A stretch of DNA of 11,702 nucleotides from Armatimonadota bacterium (GTDB lineage Bacteria > Armatimonadota > UBA5829 > DTLH01): assembly GCA_039680575.1 (NCBI GenBank), contig JBDKSP010000031.1, positions 1 through 11,702 of the forward strand, written 5' to 3'. This document shows positions 1 through 8,177 of this stretch, in pieces. The first letter of the stretch is position 1. Every line of letters begins with the position of its first letter. The notes under the pieces were generated by a model, which worked only from the letters and a program-made list of their open reading frames with translations, was not told where the DNA came from and made no database searches. A program made the position numbers and the translations under genes.

Positions 1-89
1 CGCAATGGGTCTTTACGATTACGGGACATTCCTCGATTACTCTCCATCCAACAGATGCTATCGCACCTGATAATACAATACACTGGAGA

Positions 90-356
90 TTACGAGCTTA
101 TGGCTCCAAACGTTACAACTGACCCACTACCATCTTTTCTGACTGCCAGGACTTTTTCGGTAATGTCCCAACTCATATGCGTTTTCATCGGGCTGTTCGA
201 GCCGGGTATGCCCATACACATAGTCGTGGCGGCTTTATACCTGCACACTTCTCCGGCCTTGTATTTGTATGCCAGATTGACTCCTGATGCCTGCGCAGAA
301 GAAATAGTGCACAGCAGGACCGCTAACAGCAGCCCAATGGATAAAACCTTTTTCAT
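90..356 (-). pseudogene. Truncated paralog of the adjacent secreted protein (390-1259); signal peptide plus N-terminal part only
   Basis: LLCTISSAQASGVNLAYKYK...GIPGS...DITEKVLAVRKDGS aligns with LLCTISVAQAGSVNLEYKYK...GLPGS...DIAEKVIGIKKDGS of the 289-aa ORF. Similarity stops after KDGS and a TAA follows 11 codons later. SD-like AGGGGAG upstream of the ATG. Confidence 0.6.
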
Positions 357-389
357 ACGACTCCCCTTGATGGATACTCCGCGACAATG

Positions 390-1259
390 CTATTGCTTCG
401 TGACGGTGATGGTGATGTCATAAGTAACATTCATACTTGCTGGAAGTTGTTTATACTCCTTTGTTTTGGGAAATGAAATACTAGAGTTGATCTTATAGTT
501 GCCTTCGGACTTCAACAGCTTCCCCTGCAAAGGCGAAAAATAGTAAACCGTTGTGCCGGCAACCCCGATCGTTCCTTTAATATCTTTTAATGCATCATTA
601 TAATATTTATTAAAATCCTTCTCCTTTTCAATAGCTGCCAATACTGTTGCAATATCCAGTTTAGCATCCAGCAAATTCTTGATTTTTGCTGCTGTTTGAT
701 CCCCTACCTGCTCAGAATCGGAAAGCAGCGTACTTTTCGCATTAACTTCGGCTACTCCATTAAGAATCGAAGACTTATTATCCCAACTCTGCCCTACACT
801 CACAGCTTCTTCCGGCAGAACCACACCATGAATGCTGGAACCCATCAAATCAAATCCACCGGTCACTTTATCCAGAGAAGACGATGAATCATTGTTTTTG
901 GAGACTATTTTCCCTGATTTTGCGATGGTAATAATATACGTCTTGTCCGGTATGCTTCTGATATTGCCTACATCTTGAATTAACTTATAGCTCGCCTTCA
1001 TGTTTTTCAGCATGATAGCGAGTTCTATGCTGCCATCTTTTTTTATTCCAATGACTTTTTCTGCTATATCCCCGTTTATATTCGCAGTGTAAATTCTATC
1101 AGAGCCCGGTAGACCCGTAGTTATACTCATCGTGATTTTATATTTGCATCCTTCGGAGAGTTTATACTTATACTCCAGATTTACACTCCCAGCCTGCGCG
1201 ACCGATATGGTGCAAAGCAAACCTAACATAATAAACCACATAACTTGAAATCGTTTCAT
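390..1259 (-). CDS. Secreted/exported beta-rich hypothetical protein (DUF6263-like)
   Basis: 289-aa ORF with AAGGAG SD and a Sec signal peptide (MKRF-hydrophobic-AQA). The L-x-YKYK-x-G/S-E N-terminal motif and LPEEAVSVGQSW motif are typical of this class of proteins. Confidence 0.75.
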   Translation of the reverse strand: MKRFQVMWFIMLGLLCTISVAQAGSVNLEYKYKLSEGCKYKITMSITTGLPGSDRIYTANINGDIAEKVIGIKKDGSIELAIMLKNMKASYKLIQDVGNIRSIPDKTYIITIAKSGKIVSKNNDSSSSLDKVTGGFDLMGSSIHGVVLPEEAVSVGQSWDNKSSILNGVAEVNAKSTLLSDSEQVGDQTAAKIKNLLDAKLDIATVLAAIEKEKDFNKYYNDALKDIKGTIGVAGTTVYYFSPLQGKLLKSEGNYKINSSISFPKTKEYKQLPASMNVTYDITITVTKQ

Positions 1260-1498
1260 CTGCGAAGTCTCCTTATATATGCTTAACTGCTATTTCTCTA
1301 TGGGTTCATTCATCGGCTGCGGTGCTTATTCCTTCTCAATACTTCTTGGTCTATATACAATGTGAGCGGATTATTGTTTCTTGCTTAACCTGCATAGTCT
1401 GTTTTATGATAGAGCTTGATCGAAGGCACAAACCGAACGAGTTCAGCCGTATACGGTAATAGCTTTGGGATTATTCTGATTGCGCAAGGAGTAATATA

Positions 1499-3394
1499 GT
1501 GGTTTCTCGATACATGATTGTCCTTTCTCTGCTAATAGCATTAGTTGCACCTGCAGCGGCTAACTCGACAAATGCTCCTGTGAAACCGGTCGAGGGACGA
1601 GGATTATGGGTAGACGCGATGTCTATCCCCGCTGATGACGACAGCATGGCAAAATTCGTCGAATCGATCGCTGAAGCCAACATAAACGTTATTTTCCCTG
1701 AAGTGATCCGGCGTGGTTATACGATTTACCCCAGCAAACTGGACGAACAGAACGAAAAATGGAAAGGTTATGATCCGCTTGCAGCATTAATCCGCGAAGC
1801 CCATGCGCGCGGTATAGAAGTACATCCCTGGATTACCTGTTTCCGCCAGGGATATTCAGAAGATAAAGGTCCGATACTGCGGGCTCACCCGGACTGGATC
1901 GCAGTCAATAAATGGGGAGAGGCCTTGTCTGCACTCGGAGGCTATTGGATATGCCCATCCATCCCGGAAGCACGGGATTACATTGCCGGCCTTATAAAAG
2001 AGGTCGTAAGCGGCTATGATGTAGACGGTGTCCATCTCGATTACATAAGGTTCGAGAACCAGTTCCCCTCCCCTTACTGTTACAACGATAGCTGCAGGTG
2101 TAAATTCAAGGCTCAATACGGAGTCGATCCAATCGACATCGATCCACTGACAGAGATGCAGGTAACATGGCATCTATGGCGTGAAGACCTGATAAACACG
2201 TTCGTCCAACGAGTGGCAAAGGAGTCACGCGCGGCTAAACCCGGTATGAAAATCTCCGCGGCGGTCGGTTCTATGCCTGATACCGCCCGAGAGAGCATGC
2301 TGCAGAACTGGCCTCACTGGGTCGATAACAAGTGGGTGGATTTTGTGTCTCCTATGGCGTATACGGGTAATTCGGACACTTATCGCAAGATGATTACCTC
2401 GGAGAAAGCCGCAGTCGATGACCGCACACTCCTGCTGCCGGGTATAGGACTTCACACACAAAAAACCACGGCTCCAACACTGGAACAGATCGGGATATCG
2501 CGTGATATGGATACTGACGGGGTAGCGCTGTTCGCCGCCGCTCATATGAAAGAAGATCTACGTGCAGCGCTGGCAGCCGGTCCGTTCTCCAACAAGGCGG
2601 AACTGCCATTCAGAGACACTGCTGAGCGTGTAAAGACTCTGCTCGACTCAGCAATCGCTTTATATGAAGCAAAACCGGCAGAGGCATCATCATATCTAGG
2701 GGATGCTGCCAGGCTACTAAGATATCTGGCTTACCAGGTGACTAACACCGGTTATGTCAAACCGACCAGACCGCCGATCGTTATCCCTGAAACAGTATTG
2801 CCTCTGCCTGCCGTTGATGTAAAACGTGCGGGGATACCTCCGGTTATAGACGGTAAGCTGAATGATCGGATCTGGACCTCAGCCGCAAAGATCGAAATAG
2901 CGCATACAGATATGGGAAAGCCGGCACCTGTTTCAACTGTAGTCCGTCTAGCATATGACGATACTAGCCTGTATATCGCCTACTCAGCCGATGAACCAAT
3001 GGCGAAGAACATCAAAGCAACTGTCACAAAGAGAGACGGTCCGGTGTTTTATGATGATTCGCTTGAAATGTTTATAGACCCCTGGAATAAGAGAAGGGAT
3101 TATTATCAACTCTCGGCGAATACGCTGGATGCCGAGTTCGATGCCAGGGTAAACAACTCATCTATCAACCTCGACTGGCAGGTCAAAACCGCAAAGAACG
3201 AGACCGGATGGACTGCAGAGGTCGTTATCCCGTTCAAGACTTTCGGAGTCGAGCCACCGAAGCCCGGTGATGTGTGGAACGCCAACTTAGGACGAAACAG
3301 ATGGGTAACTGGTGAACCGCAGTATTTGATCTGGTCAGTACCGTACGGCAGCTTCCACAGGCCGGAAAGATTCGGAATTATCAGGTTCAAGTAA
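1499..3394 (+). CDS. Secreted glycoside hydrolase, GHL10/DUF187 (YddW/DigH-like) TIM barrel plus C-terminal CBM9/DOMON-like sugar-binding domain
   Basis: GTG start after AAGGAG; signal peptide ending AAA. Motifs EGRGLWV, YDPLAALIREAHARGIEVHPW, YDVDGVHLDYIRF and DFVSPMAY match GHL10. C-terminal PVIDGKLND..W, LAYDDTSLYIA, DDSLEMFIDP, GWTAEVVIPF and FHRPERFG match CBM9-like domains. Confidence 0.88.
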   Translation: MVSRYMIVLSLLIALVAPAAANSTNAPVKPVEGRGLWVDAMSIPADDDSMAKFVESIAEANINVIFPEVIRRGYTIYPSKLDEQNEKWKGYDPLAALIREAHARGIEVHPWITCFRQGYSEDKGPILRAHPDWIAVNKWGEALSALGGYWICPSIPEARDYIAGLIKEVVSGYDVDGVHLDYIRFENQFPSPYCYNDSCRCKFKAQYGVDPIDIDPLTEMQVTWHLWREDLINTFVQRVAKESRAAKPGMKISAAVGSMPDTARESMLQNWPHWVDNKWVDFVSPMAYTGNSDTYRKMITSEKAAVDDRTLLLPGIGLHTQKTTAPTLEQIGISRDMDTDGVALFAAAHMKEDLRAALAAGPFSNKAELPFRDTAERVKTLLDSAIALYEAKPAEASSYLGDAARLLRYLAYQVTNTGYVKPTRPPIVIPETVLPLPAVDVKRAGIPPVIDGKLNDRIWTSAAKIEIAHTDMGKPAPVSTVVRLAYDDTSLYIAYSADEPMAKNIKATVTKRDGPVFYDDSLEMFIDPWNKRRDYYQLSANTLDAEFDARVNNSSINLDWQVKTAKNETGWTAEVVIPFKTFGVEPPKPGDVWNANLGRNRWVTGEPQYLIWSVPYGSFHRPERFGIIRFK

Positions 3395-3401
3395 GATAGA
3401 C

Positions 3402-3448
3402 ATCATCCTGAACGGTAACGACGTCACCCTGAACTTGATTCAGGGTCC
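3402..3448. repeat. REP-like palindrome GTCACCCTGAACTTGATTCAGGGTC plus an upstream partial copy
   Basis: Perfect 8-bp stem ACCCTGAA (3426-3433)/TTCAGGGT (3439-3446) with a 5-nt loop. ATCATCCTGAAC (3402-3413) repeats GTCACCCTGAAC (3423-3434) at 21-bp spacing. No U-tract on either side. Confidence 0.55.
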
Positions 3449-3514
3449 ATTCCCAGTTTGCCAATTAGCCCCTTTTCAGTGTAAACTCGTCTTGTTATAT
3501 GAGGAGGACTTCAA

Positions 3515-5263
3515 GTGGATAAACAAACCGGAGCTATGCATGGCAGCCTGAGAGTTGCGCTTGCGCAGATAAACGCTTGTGTGGGCGACATCGATGGAAA
3601 CACCGATAAGATAATAGATTATATCGATCAGGCGCGGAAATCAGGAGCAGACATAGTCGCCTTCCCTGAGCTTGCTGTTACCGGCTATCCACCAGAAGAT
3701 CTTCTTCTGAAGCCTTCATTCCTTGAGGATAATATCAGAGCGCTTAACCGGATCATCGCGGCATCCGCTGACATAACCGTCATCTGCGGATTCGTCGATA
3801 TCAACGACGATATATATAATGCCGCCGCCATTATCAACGATAAAAAGCTTGCCGGAGTGCATAGAAAAGCTTTCCTGCCGAACTACGGGGTTTTCGATGA
3901 ATTCCGCTACTTCAGGAAGGGTACGCAAACATCCATATACAGGCTGGGCGGTCCCATTTTCGGCGTAAGTGTCTGCGAGGATATTTGGTACCCGGACGGA
4001 CCGCACCGTGCTCAGGCTCTTGCTGGAGCGCAAATACTCATCAACTCCAATTCTTCACCGTTCTATTCGCTCAAATGGAAATGGCGCGAAGGTATGCTCT
4101 CCACCCGCGCAGCGGACAATTCGGCTTATGTGGTCTATGTAAATATGGTCGGAGGGCAGGACGAGCTTGTCTTTGACGGCCACTCGGTCATATTCGACCC
4201 CAAAGGCAAGATGGTCGCACGTGGAAAGGCATTCGAGGAGGATTTGATATTCGCAGACCTCGATGTGGGTGTTGCATGGCACACGCGCCTTGCCGATCCT
4301 AGATGGCGGCAGGAAGCAACCACTACCGATGAGCTTGATTTCCCGATATCGCGCGTTAATCTAGTCCCGAATGTGAGTACACCTAAGCCATCTCTTCCTG
4401 TGCGGGATGTCCAACCGCTCGACCGTGTTCCTGAGGTGTATCACGCACTCGTTCTCGGCACACGCGACTACGTTCGAAAGAACAAATTCGGGCATGTGGC
4501 AATCGGACTGAGCGGCGGGATAGATTCCGCGCTGACAGCGGCTATCGCCGTTGATGCGCTCGGTCCAGATGCAGTCACCGGCGTCTCGATGCCTTCAGTA
4601 TATACATCAACGGGCACCAAAAGCGACGCGGAAATACTTGCGAAGAACCTCGGAATAGAGCTTCACACGATTCCGATAACCGATGTTTTCGAAAGCTATA
4701 AAAATGCGCTGAAAGACGTGTTTGCAGGTCTTCCAGAAGATACTACCGAGGAGAATCTTCAGGCAAGAATTCGCGGCAACTACCTGATGGCACTCTCCAA
4801 CAAGTTCAAATGGCTTGTGCTTACTACAGGCAACAAGAGTGAGCTTGCTACAGGCTATGCGACACTTTATGGGGACATGGCCGGAGGATTTGCGGTCCTC
4901 AAGGATGTTCCGAAGACGCTCGTATACGAGCTTTCGAACTACAGGAACACCATAAGCCCCGTGATACCTGAATCTACGATCGAGCGGCCTCCGTCAGCGG
5001 AACTTCGCCCCGATCAGCGTGACGAGGACTCACTGCCGCCGTACAGCCTCCTGGACCCGATCCTGCACCTTTACATAGAGCAGGACGCATCTCCAAACGA
5101 GATGATCGAAAAAGGATTCCCTGAGGCAGTGGTACGAAGAGTGGTCGCAATGGTCGATAGAAACGAATACAAACGCCGCCAGGCTGCTCTGGGAGTCAAA
5201 ATAACACCAAAAGCGTTCGGAAAAGACCGAAGACTGCCGATCACGAATGCGTTTAGGGAATAA
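3515..5263 (+). CDS. nadE: Glutamine-dependent NAD+ synthetase
   Basis: N-terminal nitrilase/glutaminase domain (FPELAVTGYPPEDL, KAFLPNYGVFDE, VCEDIW). Synthetase domain with GLSGGIDSAL, ENLQARIRG, TTGNKSE, GYATLYGDM, PPSAELRPDQ and NEYKRRQ. GAGGAGG SD before the GTG. Confidence 0.97.
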   Translation: MDKQTGAMHGSLRVALAQINACVGDIDGNTDKIIDYIDQARKSGADIVAFPELAVTGYPPEDLLLKPSFLEDNIRALNRIIAASADITVICGFVDINDDIYNAAAIINDKKLAGVHRKAFLPNYGVFDEFRYFRKGTQTSIYRLGGPIFGVSVCEDIWYPDGPHRAQALAGAQILINSNSSPFYSLKWKWREGMLSTRAADNSAYVVYVNMVGGQDELVFDGHSVIFDPKGKMVARGKAFEEDLIFADLDVGVAWHTRLADPRWRQEATTTDELDFPISRVNLVPNVSTPKPSLPVRDVQPLDRVPEVYHALVLGTRDYVRKNKFGHVAIGLSGGIDSALTAAIAVDALGPDAVTGVSMPSVYTSTGTKSDAEILAKNLGIELHTIPITDVFESYKNALKDVFAGLPEDTTEENLQARIRGNYLMALSNKFKWLVLTTGNKSELATGYATLYGDMAGGFAVLKDVPKTLVYELSNYRNTISPVIPESTIERPPSAELRPDQRDEDSLPPYSLLDPILHLYIEQDASPNEMIEKGFPEAVVRRVVAMVDRNEYKRRQAALGVKITPKAFGKDRRLPITNAFRE

Positions 5264-5287
5264 ACCAAAGATTAGGGGATAATTTTA

Positions 5288-5788
5288 GTGAATTACAAAT
5301 TCCCGATCAAGAAATATCTTGTGAGTGCAGCTATCGCAGCCGTACTCATTTTTCTACTGTTCCTAATCGGAGACTTACTTCTGAATAGAGCTTTCATTAC
5401 CAAGACTGAGCCGGTAGACCTTGCGACTGTTTCAAAGTGGTCGCTTGTTGACTTTCCTCATAGTGCAAAGTTGAAACACTCACTTGGAATCCGTCATGGA
5501 GTGGATTCTGAGCTATATGCAGAGGTAGAGATAGACCGAAGAGATGTTGATTCTTTCGTCGTTTCTTTAAGAAAACCAAACAACGCCACGATTTCACGGA
5601 AGGACAGACTGCAAATCACTAACTCCACTAGAAACTGGCGAGAAGATATGCCGGTTCCGGCATGGTGGAACCCAGACTCGGCAAAATATTTCATTGCTGT
5701 TGCATCAGCTCCTGCAAAAGTAATGATTTCTCTCGACGACGCCAAAGAAGCGACCGTATGGGTGCATATGGATACGGACCGGCCGTAA
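5288..5788 (+). CDS. Hypothetical protein with a single N-terminal membrane anchor
   Basis: 166-aa ORF 24 nt after nadE, with a GGGGA SD and GTG start. One hydrophobic helix (YLVSAAIAAVLIFLLFLIG) is followed by a soluble domain. Confidence 0.7.
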   Translation: MNYKFPIKKYLVSAAIAAVLIFLLFLIGDLLLNRAFITKTEPVDLATVSKWSLVDFPHSAKLKHSLGIRHGVDSELYAEVEIDRRDVDSFVVSLRKPNNATISRKDRLQITNSTRNWREDMPVPAWWNPDSAKYFIAVASAPAKVMISLDDAKEATVWVHMDTDRP

Positions 5789-5852
5789 TCAACTCAGTAA
5801 AACAGGTAAGGCGAGGAAATAAACTTAGCCTGTGCAGAAAAAGAGATACTTC

Positions 5853-6956
5853 TTAGCTTATCAGCTCTTTGATGCAGGCTGGAACGATAAGGAGCAGCAG
5901 TGGAAGCTCTCTTTTCAGCGCATAGCTCCATCCAGCTGCAGAAAACTTTCTTGGAAAGACCAATATTCTATTTGGCAACCACTTGCGCACTCTCTGCGTG
6001 TAGGACTCATAATCCTCGCCATAGCGACTCATCAGTTCACGTTCTTCGCTTCTGGCAGCCATGCCGTAGACCGCTATGCCAAACAGAATCGTCAGTGGAA
6101 GCAGCCAGATAACTTCTGTAGATATATTCAAGCCGATGCAGAGCAATATATTTCCCAGGTAGACTGGATGTCTGAGAATCGAGTACGGTCCGCTTGTGCA
6201 GAGTGCCAGCCCATTGCTTTTCGCAATATTTGTGTGTCTTCTTGCCCAGACCCTGAGCATTAAACCTGCGATAAAGAAAATCATCGTTCCAGGAAGAAGC
6301 AGTGCATCGTTTTCGCTCTCATATGAGAAGCTCAAAATAGCTGTAATGAGCGGCACGGACATAATCAGCCAGTGACATCTGCGGGCAGAATCCTCCAAGC
6401 GGGTATCAGGATGGGCTCGTTCATTCAAATAAAGAGCCAGGCAGCAGCCGACGAGAGCGCCGACAAATACCTGATATGGGTAATGCGCACCTATCATAAC
6501 TCTGGAAGCTGAAATACCTATCGCAATCGAATACCATAAATATGATAACTTGGGAAATCTTGCCGATAGAAGGAATGCGAGCGCGAATGAAGTTGCCGCG
6601 TGACCGCTGGGAAACCCGCCATGGCCTCCCGAAGGACGATTAAGCCAGTAGCCATAGATCTTCTTCATCGCGTGGACCACGACAGTCACAAGCACAAACG
6701 TCCATATCGCAAGTTTCAGATCTTTTTTGCAGTGGTTTCTTATCGCTACGACAATCAGAGCCAAAAATCCCAAAGCGATGAACAGCTCATTTCCGAGATT
6801 ACTTAAGAATGCTGCGAGGATCATTACTGCGGGGGCAATCCTGTGCTGCTGTGTGGTAATAACTACGAATATCGTGATCAGAAAAGCAATCAAACCACCC
6901 CAGTGCGCAACTGTTGAATGCGGCTTCGGGCGGTCTTCTACAACTATAACCTGCAA
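5853..6956 (-). CDS. Fusion membrane protein: PAP2-family phosphatase plus ICMT/PEMT-like (isoprenylcysteine carboxyl methyltransferase family) domain
   Basis: PAP2 motifs C1 KKIYGYWLNRP, C2 FPSGH and C3 SRVMIGAHYPYQ. ICMT/PEMT motifs LCTSGPYSILRHPVYLG and EERELMSRYGEDYESY...V.KWLP. Start moved from 7022 to the TTG at 6956 because AGGAGGT lies 6 nt upstream. Confidence 0.85.
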   Translation of the reverse strand: MQVIVVEDRPKPHSTVAHWGGLIAFLITIFVVITTQQHRIAPAVMILAAFLSNLGNELFIALGFLALIVVAIRNHCKKDLKLAIWTFVLVTVVVHAMKKIYGYWLNRPSGGHGGFPSGHAATSFALAFLLSARFPKLSYLWYSIAIGISASRVMIGAHYPYQVFVGALVGCCLALYLNERAHPDTRLEDSARRCHWLIMSVPLITAILSFSYESENDALLLPGTMIFFIAGLMLRVWARRHTNIAKSNGLALCTSGPYSILRHPVYLGNILLCIGLNISTEVIWLLPLTILFGIAVYGMAARSEERELMSRYGEDYESYTQRVRKWLPNRILVFPRKFSAAGWSYALKRELPLLLLIVPACIKELIS

Positions 6957-7030
6957 AACGCGACCTCCTGAATAATAAGACGCATCATGCAGTGTGCTTA
7001 TTGCCTGGTCAGATGACAGCAATGCACCAC

Positions 7031-7080
7031 AATATAAACCACCCTGCGGATAGACGACATATTCTCCCTCCGCAGGGTGG
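7031..7080 (-). terminator. Probable intrinsic terminator hairpin directly after the SMI1/KNR4 pseudogene stop
   Basis: Perfect 12-bp stem CCACCCTGCGGA (7039-7050)/TCCGCAGGGTGG (7069-7080) with an 18-nt loop, followed on the minus strand by TTTATATT. Confidence 0.6.
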
Positions 7081-7081
7081 A
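7050..7081. repeat. 32-bp direct repeat, copy 1
   Basis: ATAGACGACATATTCTCCCTCCGCAGGGTGGA, identical to 8283-8314. Confidence 0.95.
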
Positions 7082-7085
7082 ATTA

Positions 7086-7314
7086 TTATTCAAATAAGCT
7101 GCTATCAGCCAGCCCGCGCAGGAACGTGGCGAAATCCTTGGCTAATACCACTACGTTAGGTTCGCCATCGGCAGTTTCAACATCAACATAAATCACCTGT
7201 GGCTCACCTTGCGGGCCGCATAGCGGGAAGCCTGTAACCCAAGGCTGCTTCAGCAGATTTTACCATCTCATCGTTAAGCGGCGGACATTTGTAAGTGTTT
7301 GAATCCTTAAGCAA
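7086..7314 (-). pseudogene. SMI1/KNR4 (SUKH) immunity-protein pseudogene with internal deletion and frameshift
   Basis: AGGAG SD, then TTG at 7314 reads MLKDSNTYKCPPLNDEMVKSAEAALGYRLPA (SMI1 N-terminal AE..LG..LP motif). Another frame from ~7220 reads CGPQGEPQVIYVDVETADGEPNVVVLAKDFATFLRGLADSSLFE* (SMI1 C-terminal motif). The central SY...NGG...LDY part is absent. Confidence 0.8.
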
Positions 7315-7403
7315 CTCAGTCTCCTGTAGTCTACTTCAAACGGACCTGCCAAAATCAGCGAAGTAAAATGAAGGACGAGGATTGCTTCTCGCCTACACCC
7401 AAC

Positions 7404-7760
7404 TTATTTTGTTTTGATTGTCCCTGAACTGTGAAATCTACGTTTCGTGCACTGGTTTGAAAGTGACTTCACAAACGCTTCTTCTTCCTCCAGCCTCTCA
7501 GCTATCCAGAGTTGGATTAGTGTTTGATATGGCACTCCAAGTATCCTAGCACGATTTTTAGTTCCTTCCAGTACCTGATGTGAGACACGTAATGATATTT
7601 GCTGTGTTAACCTTTTATCCCGTTTCTGACGAGCTTCAGATACATCAATCTCTACTGCACTATCTTCCTCAAGATATTGCACAGCACTATTCTTATCCCA
7701 GAACTCGATCTCATCTTCCAGTGAATTGAACTCGGGGACTTCTTTTGTTCTTTTCTTCAT
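7404..7760 (-). CDS. CopG/BrnA-like ribbon-helix-helix antitoxin of a type II TA system
   Basis: Acidic N-terminus VPEFNSLEDEIEFWD and C-terminal RHH QISLRV...ARILGVPYQTLIQLWIAERL. ATG at 7760 has GGAG upstream; an alternative GTG at 7793 overlaps the toxin stop. Confidence 0.88.
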   Translation of the reverse strand: MKKRTKEVPEFNSLEDEIEFWDKNSAVQYLEEDSAVEIDVSEARQKRDKRLTQQISLRVSHQVLEGTKNRARILGVPYQTLIQLWIAERLEEEEAFVKSLSNQCTKRRFHSSGTIKTK

Positions 7761-7789
7761 ATTTCCACTCCGACTGGGATGGTATAGTA

Positions 7790-8083
7790 TCACCCAATAT
7801 TCCTTAGCTTCTTGAACCTACTTTTCTCACGTCTGTCCATTGGTCTGGCAGTAATGACTCTAGCAATATTGCCTGATTCCATATCAAATACAATAAAGAG
7901 ATATTCTCCACCATCCTCATCTTGGGCAAGAGCCAGGTAGCGATCTCCCTTTTTCCAAACAAACGGAGCAGGATCATCATTAAGCAACGCATCTTCTACT
8001 TCCTCAGTATCAACACCATGCTTATCTGCTAGCTTATCAACGATCCAATTTATCCAATGGAACTCATCAATACGTAGTGTCAT
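7790..8083 (-). CDS. brnT: BrnT-family (DUF497) ribonuclease toxin
   Basis: 97 aa with F.W...KL..KHGV..EEVEDAL, YLFIVF and RVITARPMDRREK motifs. Toxin lies upstream of the antitoxin, as is typical for brnTA. Confidence 0.88.
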   Translation of the reverse strand: MTLRIDEFHWINWIVDKLADKHGVDTEEVEDALLNDDPAPFVWKKGDRYLALAQDEDGGEYLFIVFDMESGNIARVITARPMDRREKSRFKKLRNIG

Positions 8084-8096
8084 TTTGCTACCATTC

Positions 8097-8144
8097 TATA
8101 CATTGTATACGCATTTAATATACCATATACCAGTCACTTGTCAA
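8097..8144 (-). promoter_or_regulatory. Sigma70 promoter of the TA operon with a palindromic operator
   Basis: Minus strand TTGACA (8144-8139), 16 nt, TATATT (8122-8117) with an extended TG. Perfect palindrome TATACA-n-TGTATA at 8097-8109, just downstream of the predicted start site. Confidence 0.7.
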
Positions 8145-8177
8145 CCAAGCAAAATGGTATACTTGTTGGATATCAAT

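Noticed and set aside
55..423. 122-aa plus-strand ORF, and similar short antisense or alternate-frame ORFs inside the hydrolase, nadE, PAP2 fusion and oxidoreductase
   Set aside because: They overlap better-supported genes and have no motifs.
1411..1466. Small nested hairpins in the hydrolase 5' leader
   Set aside because: Stems are only 4-6 bp and match no known RNA motif, so they are not distinguishable from chance.
3395..3514. NAD or other riboswitch upstream of nadE
   Set aside because: No recognisable aptamer; the region is explained by the REP-like hairpin and a weak possible promoter (TTGCCA-18-TAAACT).
6469..6504. Gln instead of Asp at the end of PAP2 motif C3 as a sign of inactivation
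   Set aside because: SRxxxxxHxxxQ occurs in active PAP2 enzymes such as glucose-6-phosphatase.
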